A stretch of 64,000 nucleotides of DNA, taken from contig NC_083404.1 of assembly GCF_020745735.1 (NCBI RefSeq), positions 114,265,731 to 114,329,730 of the forward strand, read 5' to 3'. The DNA is from Hemiscyllium ocellatum (lineage: Eukaryota). Below are positions 12,506 through 24,861 of the stretch, piece after piece. The first letter of the stretch is position 1. Every line of letters begins with the position of its first letter. The notes beneath the pieces are model-generated. The model was not told the origin of the DNA. It saw nothing but the letters and a program-made list of their open reading frames with translations, and searched no databases. Made by a program: the position numbers and the translations under genes.

Positions 12506-12815
12506 CAGTGGCACAGAATTAGCACTGCTGCCTCATTGCTCTAGGGATGAAGGTTTGATTCCAGCATTGGGGGATCTGCTTGTCTGGAGTTTGCACTTTC
12601 TCCCTGTGACTACGTGGATTTCTGTTGGATGCTCTGGTTTCCTCTCACGATCCAACGATGTGCATATTAGGTGAATTGGCTATGCTAAACTGCCCCGTAG
12701 ATTCCCGGGATGTGCAGGCTAGGTGGATTAGTCATGGTAAATATTAGGGGAGGGTGAAACTCTCCTTGGTGAGTTGGTGCAAATTCAGTGAGCCAAATGG
12801 CCTATATATGCACAG
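12506..12815 (+). mobile_element. HE1-type V-SINE (diverged)
   Basis: Homologous to 10435-10757. Confidence 0.8.
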
Positions 12816-12839
12816 GACTGACTTCAACCAGTGAAACAT

Positions 12840-13400
12840 TAATCAGTCTTGGCTCAAAGCAAGGTGGATTCATTAATGGAGTCCAAACAACTCAGTCTCA
12901 GGATATTGCTATCAGGCAGGATCTCAGCATTAACTATCTTCAGATGCCTCACCAATAATGGTCCCTTCTTCACAGCTACAGAAGTGAGTTTTTTCCTGAT
13001 AATGACAGAGTTCAGTTCCATTTGTATTCATCAGATAATGAGGTAAGTACTGATATTAGATAATTAGATTTGAAGGAATAACTAGACATTAATATTCACA
13101 TTGCACAAGCATCAGACATCTCCCAACTCCAAGAAGGAAAAGCATAACTATCTCCATTTGATAACCAATGGTTTTATCACAGGCAAATCCTCCACTCTCA
13201 AACATCTGGGTGTTACTGATGATCAAGAATGAATCTGAACAGCTAAATAAACGTTGTGACTACAAGAGTATGTCAGAGGCTTGACACTTGACTTTGACTG
13301 GCTTTCCTCTGGATGCTCTCTTCAAGACAAGAGACAGGATTCTCCAACTGCTTCAATGGTGCAGCTCAAACAACACTCCAGAAACTTGTCACTATGTTTG
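12840..13400 (+). mobile_element. Old CR1-clade LINE fragment, heavily decayed
   Basis: Colinear similarity with 25700-26420. Confidence 0.5.
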
Positions 13401-14549
13401 TGGTTCAGAATTTTGGTGGATTATATAGTTTTAATAAATTTTATTGTTGAGACAGACCATGATTGAAAAGAGAAATCACAAAGGGAAATTGAGAAAGGAA
13501 ACTGTCCCCCTCAGTTTCTAATGAAACTGAAATTGGAAGCCTATTGTCTGGGCAAATTTAGGCTGCGTAAAATCATAGAAAAGGAGATAGTGGAAAAGTG
13601 GTAATATCACTAGACCAATGATGCAAACATCCAGGTTAATGATCATCATCTGTTTGAGACCTTTATTAATGCCATATTATTCTTTGCCATTTTACTAATG
13701 ACCTTAAATTGGTCAAATGATAAACTGTTGAAAACCATTTAATTTGGGCGCTGTTGCAATCTTGGTCAAAACTGAGAATTTTTAAAAAATACTAAAAAAG
13801 CAGACTTCTGGTTATTTGCTCCAAAAATGAGGCTGCGAGATTCTAATTTAAACAGAAGAATTGCTTATATGCAAGAGTCAAACAAAGCAAATACCAAATA
13901 CTATCTCAGATAACCTCTATATTCTAAAACCCAGAATCAACCTAAGTTGACCATGAATTAATAGGAAAATTGAGATTGATTAAAAATGTTAAAGGACAAA
14001 TTAAGTGGCAGCAACAACTAAGATCAGTCTAAAGAACTGACTTGACAATCCATTCAGCATGTATATCGTCAGTCTTGGTCAAAAAGTCCATTCTACAAAA
14101 CAATTCAGCTTCTAGTCTTCTAGGATGTAGTCTGAAGCTCAGCTGACAACAGCACAGAACCAACTGAGCTTCTAAGGCATATACTTCACTGAAAGTGGCA
14201 CACATTTGCACAATTTCCTCAGCATTTTTATGGCTTTCTGTCTAATGTAGATTGCTATCTACAAGTAACAGAAACAATTGCTGAAACAATGTCTTTGCTT
14301 ACTCTGATCTTCTGCACCTAGCCTTGGTCTTCAACCTGTCTGCATGGCACCATTGGAATCTATGGAATAAATGGGTTGAATCTTAATTTTGTTTTGGCCA
14401 GTTGCTTGAGTTATTTTGGAGAGCTTTTCATTTCAAGGCCTCATTATATCATATCAATCTCACCTAATCAACTACCAAGCCTGCCTCTATGTCCTCCCTC
14501 ACATCTGATCCTAGCCCCATCTTACTACATGTGTTCCTATTCTGCTCCC

Positions 14550-15838
14550 CTCCAAGGAAATGCTTGCGCTGACCAAGCTGCTGGACCAGCAGCCTTAGCT
14601 CCCACTGTATGGGTTCTACAAGCTCCTCAGACAGAGGAAGCAATGAAGGTTTTAGATCTCGTGGAGGAAATACGAGCCACACACCAACACGCTCTACAAG
14701 CCGAGAAAGACAGCTGGGTGCGCATAGGAGCTAAGGAATCCTCTTTAGGGTTAATGGCACACCCTGATGGAAGGTTCATTTGCCCCGAAGCCTACTTGCA
14801 TGTTCTTGCACTGGTCACCCATGGGGGTTAGCCATGCAGGAAAAGGAGGGATAATACATGTAGTGTGACAAACTTGGTACACACCGAGCTTTGCAGCAGC
14901 AGCACAAGCACGAGTATCTAAATGTCTAACATGTCTACAAAGTAATAATGCTAAACCTTTAGCCAAATATGATCATCTGCCCATCCCAGACGGACCCTTT
15001 AATCATTTACAGATTGATTTTGTTCACATGCCAGGTAAACAAGATTTTAAGTACATGATGGTTATTGTTGACATGTTTTCTAAATAGGTGGAGGCCTTCC
15101 CCATAAGGAAAGACAATGCTAGAACAGTGGTCCAATGCCTCATGAAGGATGTGATCCCTAGTTTTGGAATTCCAGCGATGGAGGCACTCACTTTACCACA
15201 GCAGTCACAGACAATGTTAGTAAAGCACTCGGCATCACATGGAAATATCATGTTCTCTATCAGCCTCTATCCTCAGGCATGGTGGAACAGATGAATGGTA
15301 CCCTTAAAACCACCATGACAAACATCACACAGGACACGGACCTGCCTTGGCCAGAAGCTCTACCCTTAGCCCTGTATTCCATAAGAAACTAGGTCAACAG
15401 AACCACAGGACTTACCCTATTTGAGGTCCTGATGGGAAGACCAATGCCCATGGGGGCAAGATCTCTTAAATTTCCTGTGGATATAGCATTATTCCTGACA
15501 CTGGAAGATCTTTTGGATTACGTCAAAGCACTCAGTAAGATGATTATCCGTAATCTTGATCAGGTAAAGGTGGCCATTCCCACACCTAATGATGACCCAA
15601 TGCATCCCTTCCAACCTGGGGACTATGTCATGATAAAATTATTGGAAACGATTTCCCTTTGTCTTGAGGGAAAAGCCCGTACCTCGTCCTCCTGGTAACC
15701 TGGATGGCTGTCAAGGTTGAGGGAAGACTTGAGTGGATGGATGGAAGCCGCTGCAAGAGAGCACCATTCCCGGAGAGACACGAGCAGAAAACATTGGAGG
15801 CATCAGCTTGCCTGCCAGTCACAATATGTGGAGACTGA
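14550..15838 (+). pseudogene. pol: ERV pol: RNase H C-terminus and integrase (frameshifts, stops)
   Basis: 'GNACADQAA'; HHCC zinc finger 'HG.SHAGKGG...CLTC'; DDE core 'HLQIDFVHMP', 'SDGGTHFT', 'SSGMVEQMNGTLK'; C-terminal 'HPFQPGDYVMIK' and 'PYLVLLVT..AVKVEG'. Confidence 0.92.
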
Positions 15839-16937
15839 TCGCCATTTCAGTTTCTGTGCTCCTCATTGCCTTATTTATACTGACTGGGCATGAGGGGAAC
15901 AGGGAAGATGGGTAAAGAACTCTGTCACAAGGGAGTTGCACGTCAACACTATTCTTTACATGGCTTACATTTACGGACAGATGATTAACCAGTCTAGCTG
16001 TTGGGTATGCGCCCAAATCCCTGCACACTCTACAGGGATGCGATGGTGCACAGGTGGAACTTCCTTCATAACCAGCAGAGGAGGCCATGAGAACTGACCG
16101 TGACAGCCTGCTCCAAAGGTTCCACCCAGACTTTGCCATCTGGACAAATGCATGCCAAAGCAGGAAGGAGGTCAATGACCTTCTCAACTTCGAGGGAACA
16201 ATAGTCTACACAATAGTCTGCTCTGTGTACTCACTCACTCGGGTCATCTCCCTACCTACACCAATAGTAACATGGGTGCCAACCACTTCCATCTCTCTCT
16301 CTCTCTCTCTCTCTCTCATTCCAGAAGAAAACTGCCCACAATATGGAAGAAAGAGTCAAGGCAGGTGCTGGACTGCCTACATTCAGCTCCTCAGCCTTTA
16401 TGTGGAGAACATCCTGACTTTGACGGCCCAAGTAACTGACTGACTATGTCTAAGCCCCTGGACTAGCTGCCCTTACTATGCTGAGACTGTGGGTGAAATC
16501 TGTCTGAGGCCTGCTGACAATTATGGCAAGCTTTCTGCCTTTGTGTCTGCGCTGGACAGCATAGCAATTCAGCAGCATTGTAAGCGTATCTCCAGCTGAC
16601 GTGATACAGTGCAAAATGCAAGGCAGGTTTGCTGTGAGCATCTAGGTAGGTTCATAGTGAGTGACCACAATGAGAGCCAGCAAACAGGTCAGAGAAGAGG
16701 GCTCATGTGGTAATCCATGAGCAAAGTATGTGCCCCTTAAGGCATAGTGTACTGCTCTGTGTACTCACTCACTCGGGTCATCTCCCCACCTACACCAATA
16801 GTAACATCGGTGCCAACCACTTCCATCTCCCTTGCAGAAACATTACAGATGGCGGTTACTCATGCAGCCCAGGGTGCAGCATTGGAGTTATCAATCAGTC
16901 TGTAAGTGGATCAGAAATATACCATGAGGGTTCTTAA
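15826..16937 (+). pseudogene. env: ERV env, surface-subunit portion (disrupted)
   Basis: Hydrophobic signal-like 'MWRLIAISVSVLLIALFILTG', then after a frameshift 'RELHVNTILYMAYIYGQMINQSSCWVCAQIP' with a gamma-type CxxC motif (15999-16010). Later Cys-rich segments carry N-glycosylation sequons (NIT, NQS). Confidence 0.75.
16292..16317 (+). repeat. (TC)n microsatellite
   Basis: About 13 TC units. Confidence 0.95.
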
Positions 16938-17283
16938 GAGACTGGCATGTCAGATGGTAATATCCTTGTACATGGTGTGCCTGTGGCTGGTATCCATGGA
17001 TCTTGCCCTGAGACTTCAGTGCCCAGCATCCAGTTTGACAGTCTTTTGGAATCAGCAGTGATCTGAAGTTGTCAAGTACCTTCTCTAACTTCTGTAAAGA
17101 GAATTCTTGATGTTTAGCTCGTTCAGTATTTTTGGCAAAATAGGAAGCTGATTATTAATGAGGCGAATTGTGATACTATTGAGGCACGTACCAAACCATA
17201 AACCTCCTTAGTAGGTTGGCAAAGGCATAAAACAAACAGCAAACTTATCCCAACACAGCAAATGGCCTCACTGCACTTCTCAG

Positions 17284-17412
17284 TAAAAACAATGACTGCA
17301 GATGTTGGAAACCAGATTCTAGATTAGAGTGGTGCTGGAAAAGTACAGCAGTTCAGGCAGCATCCGAGGAGCAGGAAAATTGATGTTTCGGGCAAAAGCC
17401 CATCATCAGGAA
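17284..17412 (-). mobile_element. Solo Penelope pLTR with hammerhead and 3' tail
   Basis: Minus strand AUUC-CUGAUGA-U-GGGC-UUUU-GCCC-GAAAC-AUC. TSD tcactgcact(t/g)ctc at 17268-17281 and 17413-17426. Confidence 0.88.
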
Positions 17413-17514
17413 TCACTGCACTGCTCGCATGATCCTGCCACAAATCCCACGACAACCCATATTGATCAGGCCTCTAGAAAATTCCTCCAGTTTGTACTAT
17501 AAATTGCATTCCAC

Positions 17515-18045
17515 CATGGGGTGTTACTGGTAAAGTCAGTATATGTTGCCTATCCCTTATTGCCCTGAACTGAGAGGCTTTCTAAACCTTTTCAGAGGCC
17601 AATTAAAGTGCCAATTTATTCCTCTGGTGTCACATGTAGGCTAGACCAGGTATGGGTGGCAGATTTCCTTCCCTAAAGAATATTAGTGAATCAGACGAGT
17701 TTTCACATCAATTAGTGATAGTGCCGTGGTCGCCGTGACTGAGATTAACATCCAGGCAAAAGTGAAAATTTCAGATGCTGGAAATCAGAGGTTAGATTAG
17801 AGTGGTGCTAGAAAAGCACAGCAGGTCCGGCAAAAGCCCGAAACGTCGATTTTCCTGCTCCTCGGATGCTGCCTGACCTGCTGTGCTTATCCAGCACCAC
17901 CCTCATCTAGACTGAGATTAACATCCACTTTATAATGCAAATTTCGCCAGTTTCCTTTGAGGGGTTTTAGCCTGTGTCCACATCCATTTACTTGAGTATC
18001 TAGATTTCTAGGCTAGTAACCTTATAAGTACTTCAACATCTCCAT
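17515..18045 (-). mobile_element. tRNA-derived SINE (same family as 7980-8305), split by the insert at 17755-17909
   Basis: gtcacatgtaggctagaccagg...ggcagatttccttccctaaag core. Confidence 0.7.
17755..17909. mobile_element. Palindromic Penelope pLTR insertion
   Basis: Oppositely oriented pLTR arms. Perfect 18-bp TSD gactgagattaacatcca at 17737-17754 and 17910-17927. Confidence 0.9.
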
Positions 18046-18176
18046 GCTCTAAAGACTTTATTGACCAAGCCACCAGTGGTTAGTTTCACAGACATATGGC
18101 ATTCATAACAGTCAATATATATAAAATTAATTTATAACACACAAACATGATTCAAGCAAGACCACGATAATGGAAA

Positions 18177-18490
18177 GATTAGATTCTCTACAGTGTGGAA
18201 CAGGCCTTTAACCCAACAAGTCCAAACTGACCCTGCAAAGAGTAACCCACCCATACCCTACATTAACCCCTGACTAATGCACCTAACACTATGGGCACGT
18301 TAGCATGGCCAATTCATCTAATCTGCACATCGTTGAATTATGGGAGGAAATCAGAGCACCCAGAGGAAACCCACGCAGACACGGGGAGAATGTACAAATT
18401 CAACACAGACAGTCACCCAAGGCAGGAATCAAACCCGGATCCCTTGCATTGTAAGGCACCAGTACTAATCACTGAGCCACTGTGCCGCCC
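18177..18490 (-). mobile_element. HE1-type V-SINE
   Basis: Reverse-complement match to 10435-10757. Confidence 0.88.
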
Positions 18491-21400
18491 CAAACCTTTG
18501 AAATCATAGGTTTGAAGCCACTATTTGCCTCACAAGTATGTTTCATGTATTTATTATGCTTCAAATTACCCTAATAATGTGTTTAAAATGCTACTTTTGA
18601 AAGTAATCTACTGAACTTGCATTCAAATAGATCAATATTAGTTGCCTCTGCCATCTCCCTTGGGTTGGGTCTATTCCTTGGATTGACCACTTGCTTACTG
18701 AAACATTGCACTAGACTTTATGAATCCTTTGAATACAGGGTGAGTGTTAGTGAGTAAGGGTGAATACTGGGGAAGGTGGATGGCCTCCCATCTGATTTGA
18801 TGGGGTGAAGCAGGAAGATTGGGCTGAAAGAGCTTTATGGACATTTCATCGACCATAACTGACTCCCCCCAGGTGGAAATAGCCATCTCCATTGGAACAA
18901 GGACTAGTCCCCACGTCTAGCTGTCTGGCTGCCTGACCCTCACTGTTCAAGTTAAAAGTCGTCTTGACTTTGAGAGCACCTTGGGCAGAAAAGTGGAAAT
19001 GGTAGTTATCATATCGGTCATGATCTCATTGAATAACAGAGCACTTTCAATGGGATGAAGGACCTACTTCTGCTTCTATGTCTTACAGTATGATGGCAGG
19101 TAAATAGCCAAGGTAGTTTTCTTTCTGTCTATCAATTTCCTCTCCTCTAAGTCCCAGCAGCGACACGAGGAGAAGATCCTGTGTTCCCTGTTGCCGGCCA
19201 CAAAGGTGGAATGTTCGGCAAAGAAAGTTTTGGCTATCAGACAATCGAAGGAGAACCTCCCATTAGCAATGAGCACTGCTGATCTTTTGACCTTTATTGA
19301 GCATTTCTTTCTCCATTAGATGAATCCTCCACTGTGGTAGTCTTCCATCATCAGAAAAATGCTCATTACTTTGCAAAATGATTCCTATTAAGAGACTTTG
19401 CAAGGGGAACAAATCCAGATTCCTGGTAAAGTTGTCCAGAATCAGGAATGCATTGGGGAGTTATCTCAATGCAGCTGCCCAATACTTTTCTGCCCCACCT
19501 CCAAGCCCACTCAGCACAGAGCTAGGAATATTCAGGTAAGGTAATCTCTTCAATATGATGGGTTTGATCTTATTCAGTTGAATTACAATAAATGGATTTC
19601 TTTGTAGTGATCTAGTTTAGATTTAACTTTATGTCCTTTGGACTTGGCAGTGCAGATTGCATTCATTAATGTCAGAGATTTGGCAAATCATACCATTTTA
19701 CTGCTACTTTGTTGAAGTAACAGCAAGATACTGGAAGCGAAATATACTAATATTCCAGTACAGCAGCAGGGTTTCCAGCTCCTGATCAGTAATTGAAAAA
19801 TTACTCCTTCATACAGTTAAAAACCAAACATAGCCTAAAGAAATGTAGGAAAAAATGTAACTGAGTTATTGCTTAGCTAACTAATTAATCCTGGACTGTG
19901 TTACAGCTAGTTATTGTTCACAGTTAATATGTTAAAATTTAACATCCATCTGTTGCTGTTCAGTGGAGCCCAGTCATCAGCCTAGTGAAGAAGGATTCAC
20001 TCTTGGTTGTTCTATCCATGCAAACATGGATCTGAAATTCTGAATTCTACCACAAAGTGTGGGATTAGATAAATTATGTTTTAACTGAGAATTTCCAAAA
20101 TGTAAATCTGGAAACTAAAAGCCAAATAAGTAACCCTTATTCACTTTTGTACCCCAATTAGGGGATGAGGTTAATTATTACAATTTACAAAGTCATGTCT
20201 TTAATTTCACCATATACTGCATGGATTCAGGAAAAGAAGGCACTTAATTATTGGATCTCTGTCAACAATAAATAATTGCAAGGTAGTTACTGGCTGACTA
20301 GGTTCACATGGAAGAAATTGCCCCAGTAAACATTTGGCAGAATATAAAATGCAAGGAAACACATCCGAACCAGCAACCTCCTGAGAACTGGAGGATGTAT
20401 CATTGCCAAGCTCGACACATAGCAAGGAATCAAACACCTGTGACAACACAATCCCATTGTGGATTAATGAATTCTGATTAGGAAGAAAGATATCTGTAGC
20501 AAGCAAGAATTTAACCTGGTTGGACTTTCGTAATATTGGAAGCATAGGTGTCGTGTATAGTTGAAAGGAAAACATTCTCGCTTTTGTTGTGAGCAGGCTG
20601 CCTGGCATTGGCCTAGGCCCTGGAAAAGATAAAGCAAATCCAACCCTGTCAACCCTACAAAGTCCTCCTTCCCAACATTTGTCTTTCAGATTTTGTGCCA
20701 CAGCTGTGAATGCTGTGTCATAGGCTAGTCAAGCAACAGCCTGACAGCCTCACAGAATCATACATTACAGGTAATGTCTCAGACAGCACCATCACTATCC
20801 CTGGGACTGTCCTATCCCATCGGTAGAACAGACCCAGCAAAAGTGGTGGCACAGCGGTATATGGTCAGGAAGGAATTGACTTGGAAGTCCTGAACATTGA
20901 CTCTGGATCTCAGGAAGATTCAAGGCACAAACTCAAACATTGGCAACAAAAGGTCCTTCTGGTTACCACCTACAACCAACTCACCCTCAGCTGATGAAGG
21001 AATACTCCTCCATGTTGAACATCTCTTGAAGGAATAAGTGAGCATTGTAAGAGTATAATATGCATACTTGCTGGTGGATTTCAACATCATTAAGTGACAG
21101 TGGTCCAGATTTTTCACTATCGAGAGTCTAAATGACATCACTACTGCATCTGTGACAAGTGGTGAAGGAACCAACAAGTGGGAAACACATACCTGATCTC
21201 ATCGTCATCAGTCTGCCTTGGAGTCCTCTGTCCACAGTAATGTCAGTAGGAGTGACCACTGCAGAGTCTTCTGGAGATGATTTCTCACCTTCACATTGAG
21301 AATACTTTCCATTGTGCTGTGCTGCATATAAATGTGTTAGACTTCAAAGAGATCTGAAAACTCAAGACTGACCACTCATGAGGCAGTGTGGGCCATCAGC

Positions 21401-22936
21401 AAAGGCAGAAATGTATTCCAATACAATGTTCAATGTCATGTCTAGTATATCCCTCACTTTATCTTTACCATCATCTCTCGTGCAGTAGGGCATAACAGGA
21501 AAAGACACATCTAAAAACAAGGTGTCAATCTGATGAAGCTACAAAACAGCATTACTTGTATGCCAAACAATGGAAACAGCAAGTAATAGGCAGATCTAAA
21601 CAATTTCATAGTCAACAGATCAAATCTAAACTCTGCAGTCTAGTAATGAATGCTGGTAGGCAATTAAACAACACACTGGAGGAGGACACTTCACAAATAT
21701 CCCCATTCTCAATGATGGGACCAGCACATCAGTCCAAAAGATAAAACTGAAGCATTTTTATGACAGTCTTCAGACAGAAGTGCTGTTGGATGATCCAGAG
21801 GTTCTCAGCATCACAGATGGCAGTCATTAGCCAATTCGATCCATTCTAAGTGGTATCAAGAAATGGCTAAAGATAGTGGATACTGCAAAGGCCCTGACAA
21901 TATTCCAGTAATGGTATTGAAAATGCGTACGTCCCTAGCCAAGCTGTTCCAATATATCTATAACACCGGCATACACCCAGTAATGTGGAAATTGTTCAGA
22001 TGTGTCCTGTACACAAAAAGCAGACCAAAGTGAACCCAGCCAATTACTGCTGCATCACTCTACTCTTGATCATCACTAAAATGACAGATGGTGACATCAA
22101 TGGTGCGATCAAACAGCATATGCTTGTAATAACAACAAATAGACTAAGATTAGGTTCTGCTAAGGCACTCATGTTTGGTTCAGGCACGAACAAAAGAGCT
22201 GAATTCCAGACTTACTGCACTTAACATCTAGGCTGCATTTGACTGAATGCAGCATCAAGAAACCATAACAAAATGAGTCAATGGGAATCAGGGAGAAAAT
22301 TCACTACTGGTTGACATCATAAGAAGTCATAAAAGCAAAGTGGAAGAAGGGGATTCAGCTCTCTGGTCTGCTCTGCCAGTCAATTTGAGTATAGCTGATC
22401 TTATTTCTGCTTCAATTCTAATTTCTTGCCTACTCCCCAGAACCTTTTAACTCATTACTAATTAAAAATCCACCTATCACTTCCTTAATTTATTCAGTGC
22501 CACAGAATCCAACACACTCTGGAATAGCGAATTCCACAGATTCTTTAGGATAAATAATTCCTCCTTATCAATGTTTTAAATCTGTCACTACTTAGCCTAA
22601 AACGGTGACATCTCATTTTCGATTGCCCTGCATGCCCACAGCACGCAGGGACTTTGTTAATCTCTTTGAGCATTTTGTGTACCACAATTAGATTTCCTCT
22701 CATACTTCTAAACTCTAGTGAGTAAAGGCCTAAAGTGCTCAACCTCTCCTCATAAGACCAGCCCTTCACCTTTGGAATTAATCTAGTGAACCTTCTCTGA
22801 ATTGCCTCCCATGCAATCACATCCTTCCTCAAGTAGGGGGACCCAACATTGTACTCAATACTCCAGATGCAGTCTAACTAATGCCTTGTACAATTGCAAC
22901 ACTTCCGTACTTTTATATTCCATTCCTTTAGAAATT

Positions 22937-24280
22937 AGCAAGTTCTGAGACGATTTGTAGCTCAGATTGAGGTTCTGGATGTAGGTTTGCTTGCTGAGTT
23001 GGAAGGTTCATTTCCAGACATTTCGTCACCCTACTAGGTAACATCTTCAGTGGGCCTCAGGCTGATAAATCCTGCTTTCTATTCATATGTTTGGCTTTCT
23101 TTGGGTTGATGATGTCATTTTCGGTGATGATATCCTTTCCTGTGGTGAAGTCACTTCCTGTTCTTTTTCTCAGGGGGTGGTAGATAGGATCTAACTTGGC
23201 GAATTTGTTGATAGAGTTCTGGTTGGAATGCTTTGCTTTGAGGAATTCTCGTGTGTGTATTTGTTTGGATTGTCCTACGATGGATATGTTGTCCCAGTCG
23301 ATGGATATGTTGTCCTTCCTCATCCATATGTAAGGATACTAGTGAGAGAGAGTCATGTCTTTTTGTGGCTACTTAGTGTTCATGTATCCTGCTGGCTGGT
23401 ATTCTGCCTGTTTGTCCAATGTAGTGTTTGTTACAGTCCTTGCATGGTATTTTGTAAATGACATTAGTTTTGCTTATTGTCTGTATAAGGTCTTTAAAGT
23501 TCATTAGATGCTGTTTTAGTGTGGGTTTGTGGGCCACCATGATGCCAAGGATTCTGAGTAGTCTGGCAGTCATTTCCGAGATGTCTTTTATGTAGGGGAG
23601 AGTGGCCAGGGTGTCTGGACGTGTTTTGTCTGCTTGTTTGGGTTTGTTGCTGAGAAACCGGCGGACTGTGTTCATTGGGTACCTGTTCTTTTTGAATACA
23701 TGGTATAGGTGATTTTCCTCTGCTCTGCGTAGTTCCTCTGTGCTACAGTGTGGGTTGGCTCATTGGAATAATGTTCTGATGCAGCTTCGTTTGTGGATGT
23801 TGGGGTGATTGCTTCTGTAGTTCAATATTTGGTCCGTATGTGTTGTTCTCCTCTAGACGTTGGTTTGAAGCTCCCCATTGGCTGTTCGCTCTACTGTGAC
23901 ATCTAGGAATGGCAGTTTGTTGTTGTTTTTCTCCTCTTTAGTGAATTTTATGCCAGTAAGGGTATTATTGATGGTATTGAAGGTTTCCTCTAATTTGTTT
24001 TGTTTAGTGATGACAAAGATGTCATCCACGTAGCGGACCCAAAGTTTGGGTTAGATGATTGGCAGAGCTGTTTATTCAAGTCTCTGCATTACTGCCTCTG
24101 CTAAGAACCCTGACATCGGAGATCCCATCGGTGATCCGTTGATTTGTCTGTAGGTTTTTTTGTTGAAGGTGAAGTGGGTGGTAAAGCGTAGGATTACTAG
24201 CTTGATGATACTGTCCTTGTTGATGAAGTTAGTGGTGTTTGCTGTATGTATCTTTGGGTCTTCTAATAATGTAGTCAGTT
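22937..24280 (-). mobile_element. Penelope-like element (Poseidon-like), 5'-truncated: RT, GIY-YIG endonuclease and 3' pLTR
   Basis: 'YRQINGSPMGSPMSG', 'WVRYVDDIFV' (YVDD at 24021-24032), 'TLPYIKDISE', GIY-YIG 'NVIYKIPCKDCNKHYIGQTG'. In-frame stops present. Confidence 0.93.
23014..23053 (-). ncRNA. Hammerhead ribozyme motif in the Penelope 3' pLTR
   Basis: CCA-CUGAAGA-U-GUUACCU-AGUA-GGGUGAC-GAAA-U-GUC-UGG: stem I CCA/UGG, 7-bp stem II (two G-U pairs), GUC site. One probable CpG decay (GAAAC to GAAAU). Confidence 0.8.
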
Positions 24281-24674
24281 ATTAATAAATGCCAAAATTC
24301 AATTTTCCCTCCTTATTACCTACTGTACCTGCAAACTAGTTTCCTGCTACTTATGCATGAGGAAACTCAAAACCCACTGCATGAAAGCACTCTGAAGTTT
24401 CTCTCCATGCAGATAATAAGTTGCCTTTCTATTCCTTGTTCAAATTGGCTAGCTTTATGCTGATCCACATTCGACTTCATCTGCGATATTTTGGCCCATG
24501 CATCTAACCCATTCAGATCTGTCTTAATTCTTCATTGCCACTTACTTCTCTGAATATTTTAGTGTCATTCTGAAAATGTTGTTATAGCACATTGCCTCCG
24601 AGTCATTAAAAATATAAATTGAAAATAGTTGTGGTCTGAGGAGCAAACCCTGTGATAGCCCACTAGTTACAGGT

Positions 24675-24861
24675 TCTGGATTAGTGGTGCTGGAAGAGAA
24701 CAGCAGTTCAGGCAGCATCCAAGGAGCAGTAAAATCGACGTTTCGGGCAAAAGCCCTTCATTTTACTGCTCCTTGGATGCTGCCTGAACTGCTGTGCTCT
24801 TCCAGCATCACTAATCCAGAATCTGGCTTCCAGCATCTGCAGTCATTGTTTTTACCTTTTT
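24675..24861. mobile_element. Palindromic Penelope pLTR insertion
   Basis: 62-bp inverted arms (24674-24735 and 24760-24821, 2 mismatches) around a partial hammerhead. TSD cactagttacaggt at 24661-24674 and 24862-24875. Confidence 0.92.

Larger units (their letters stand above)
14550..16940 (+). mobile_element. Class I (gamma/epsilon-like) endogenous retrovirus fragment: end of pol plus 5' env
   Basis: RNase H end, full integrase and env N-terminus occur in retroviral order. No LTRs, gag, RT or env TM region recognised nearby. Confidence 0.9.

Noticed and set aside
20207-20701. 164-aa minus-strand ORF with a possible acceptor near 20495
   Set aside because: No recognisable domain, weak donor and no partner exons; more likely a chance ORF over unique non-coding DNA.
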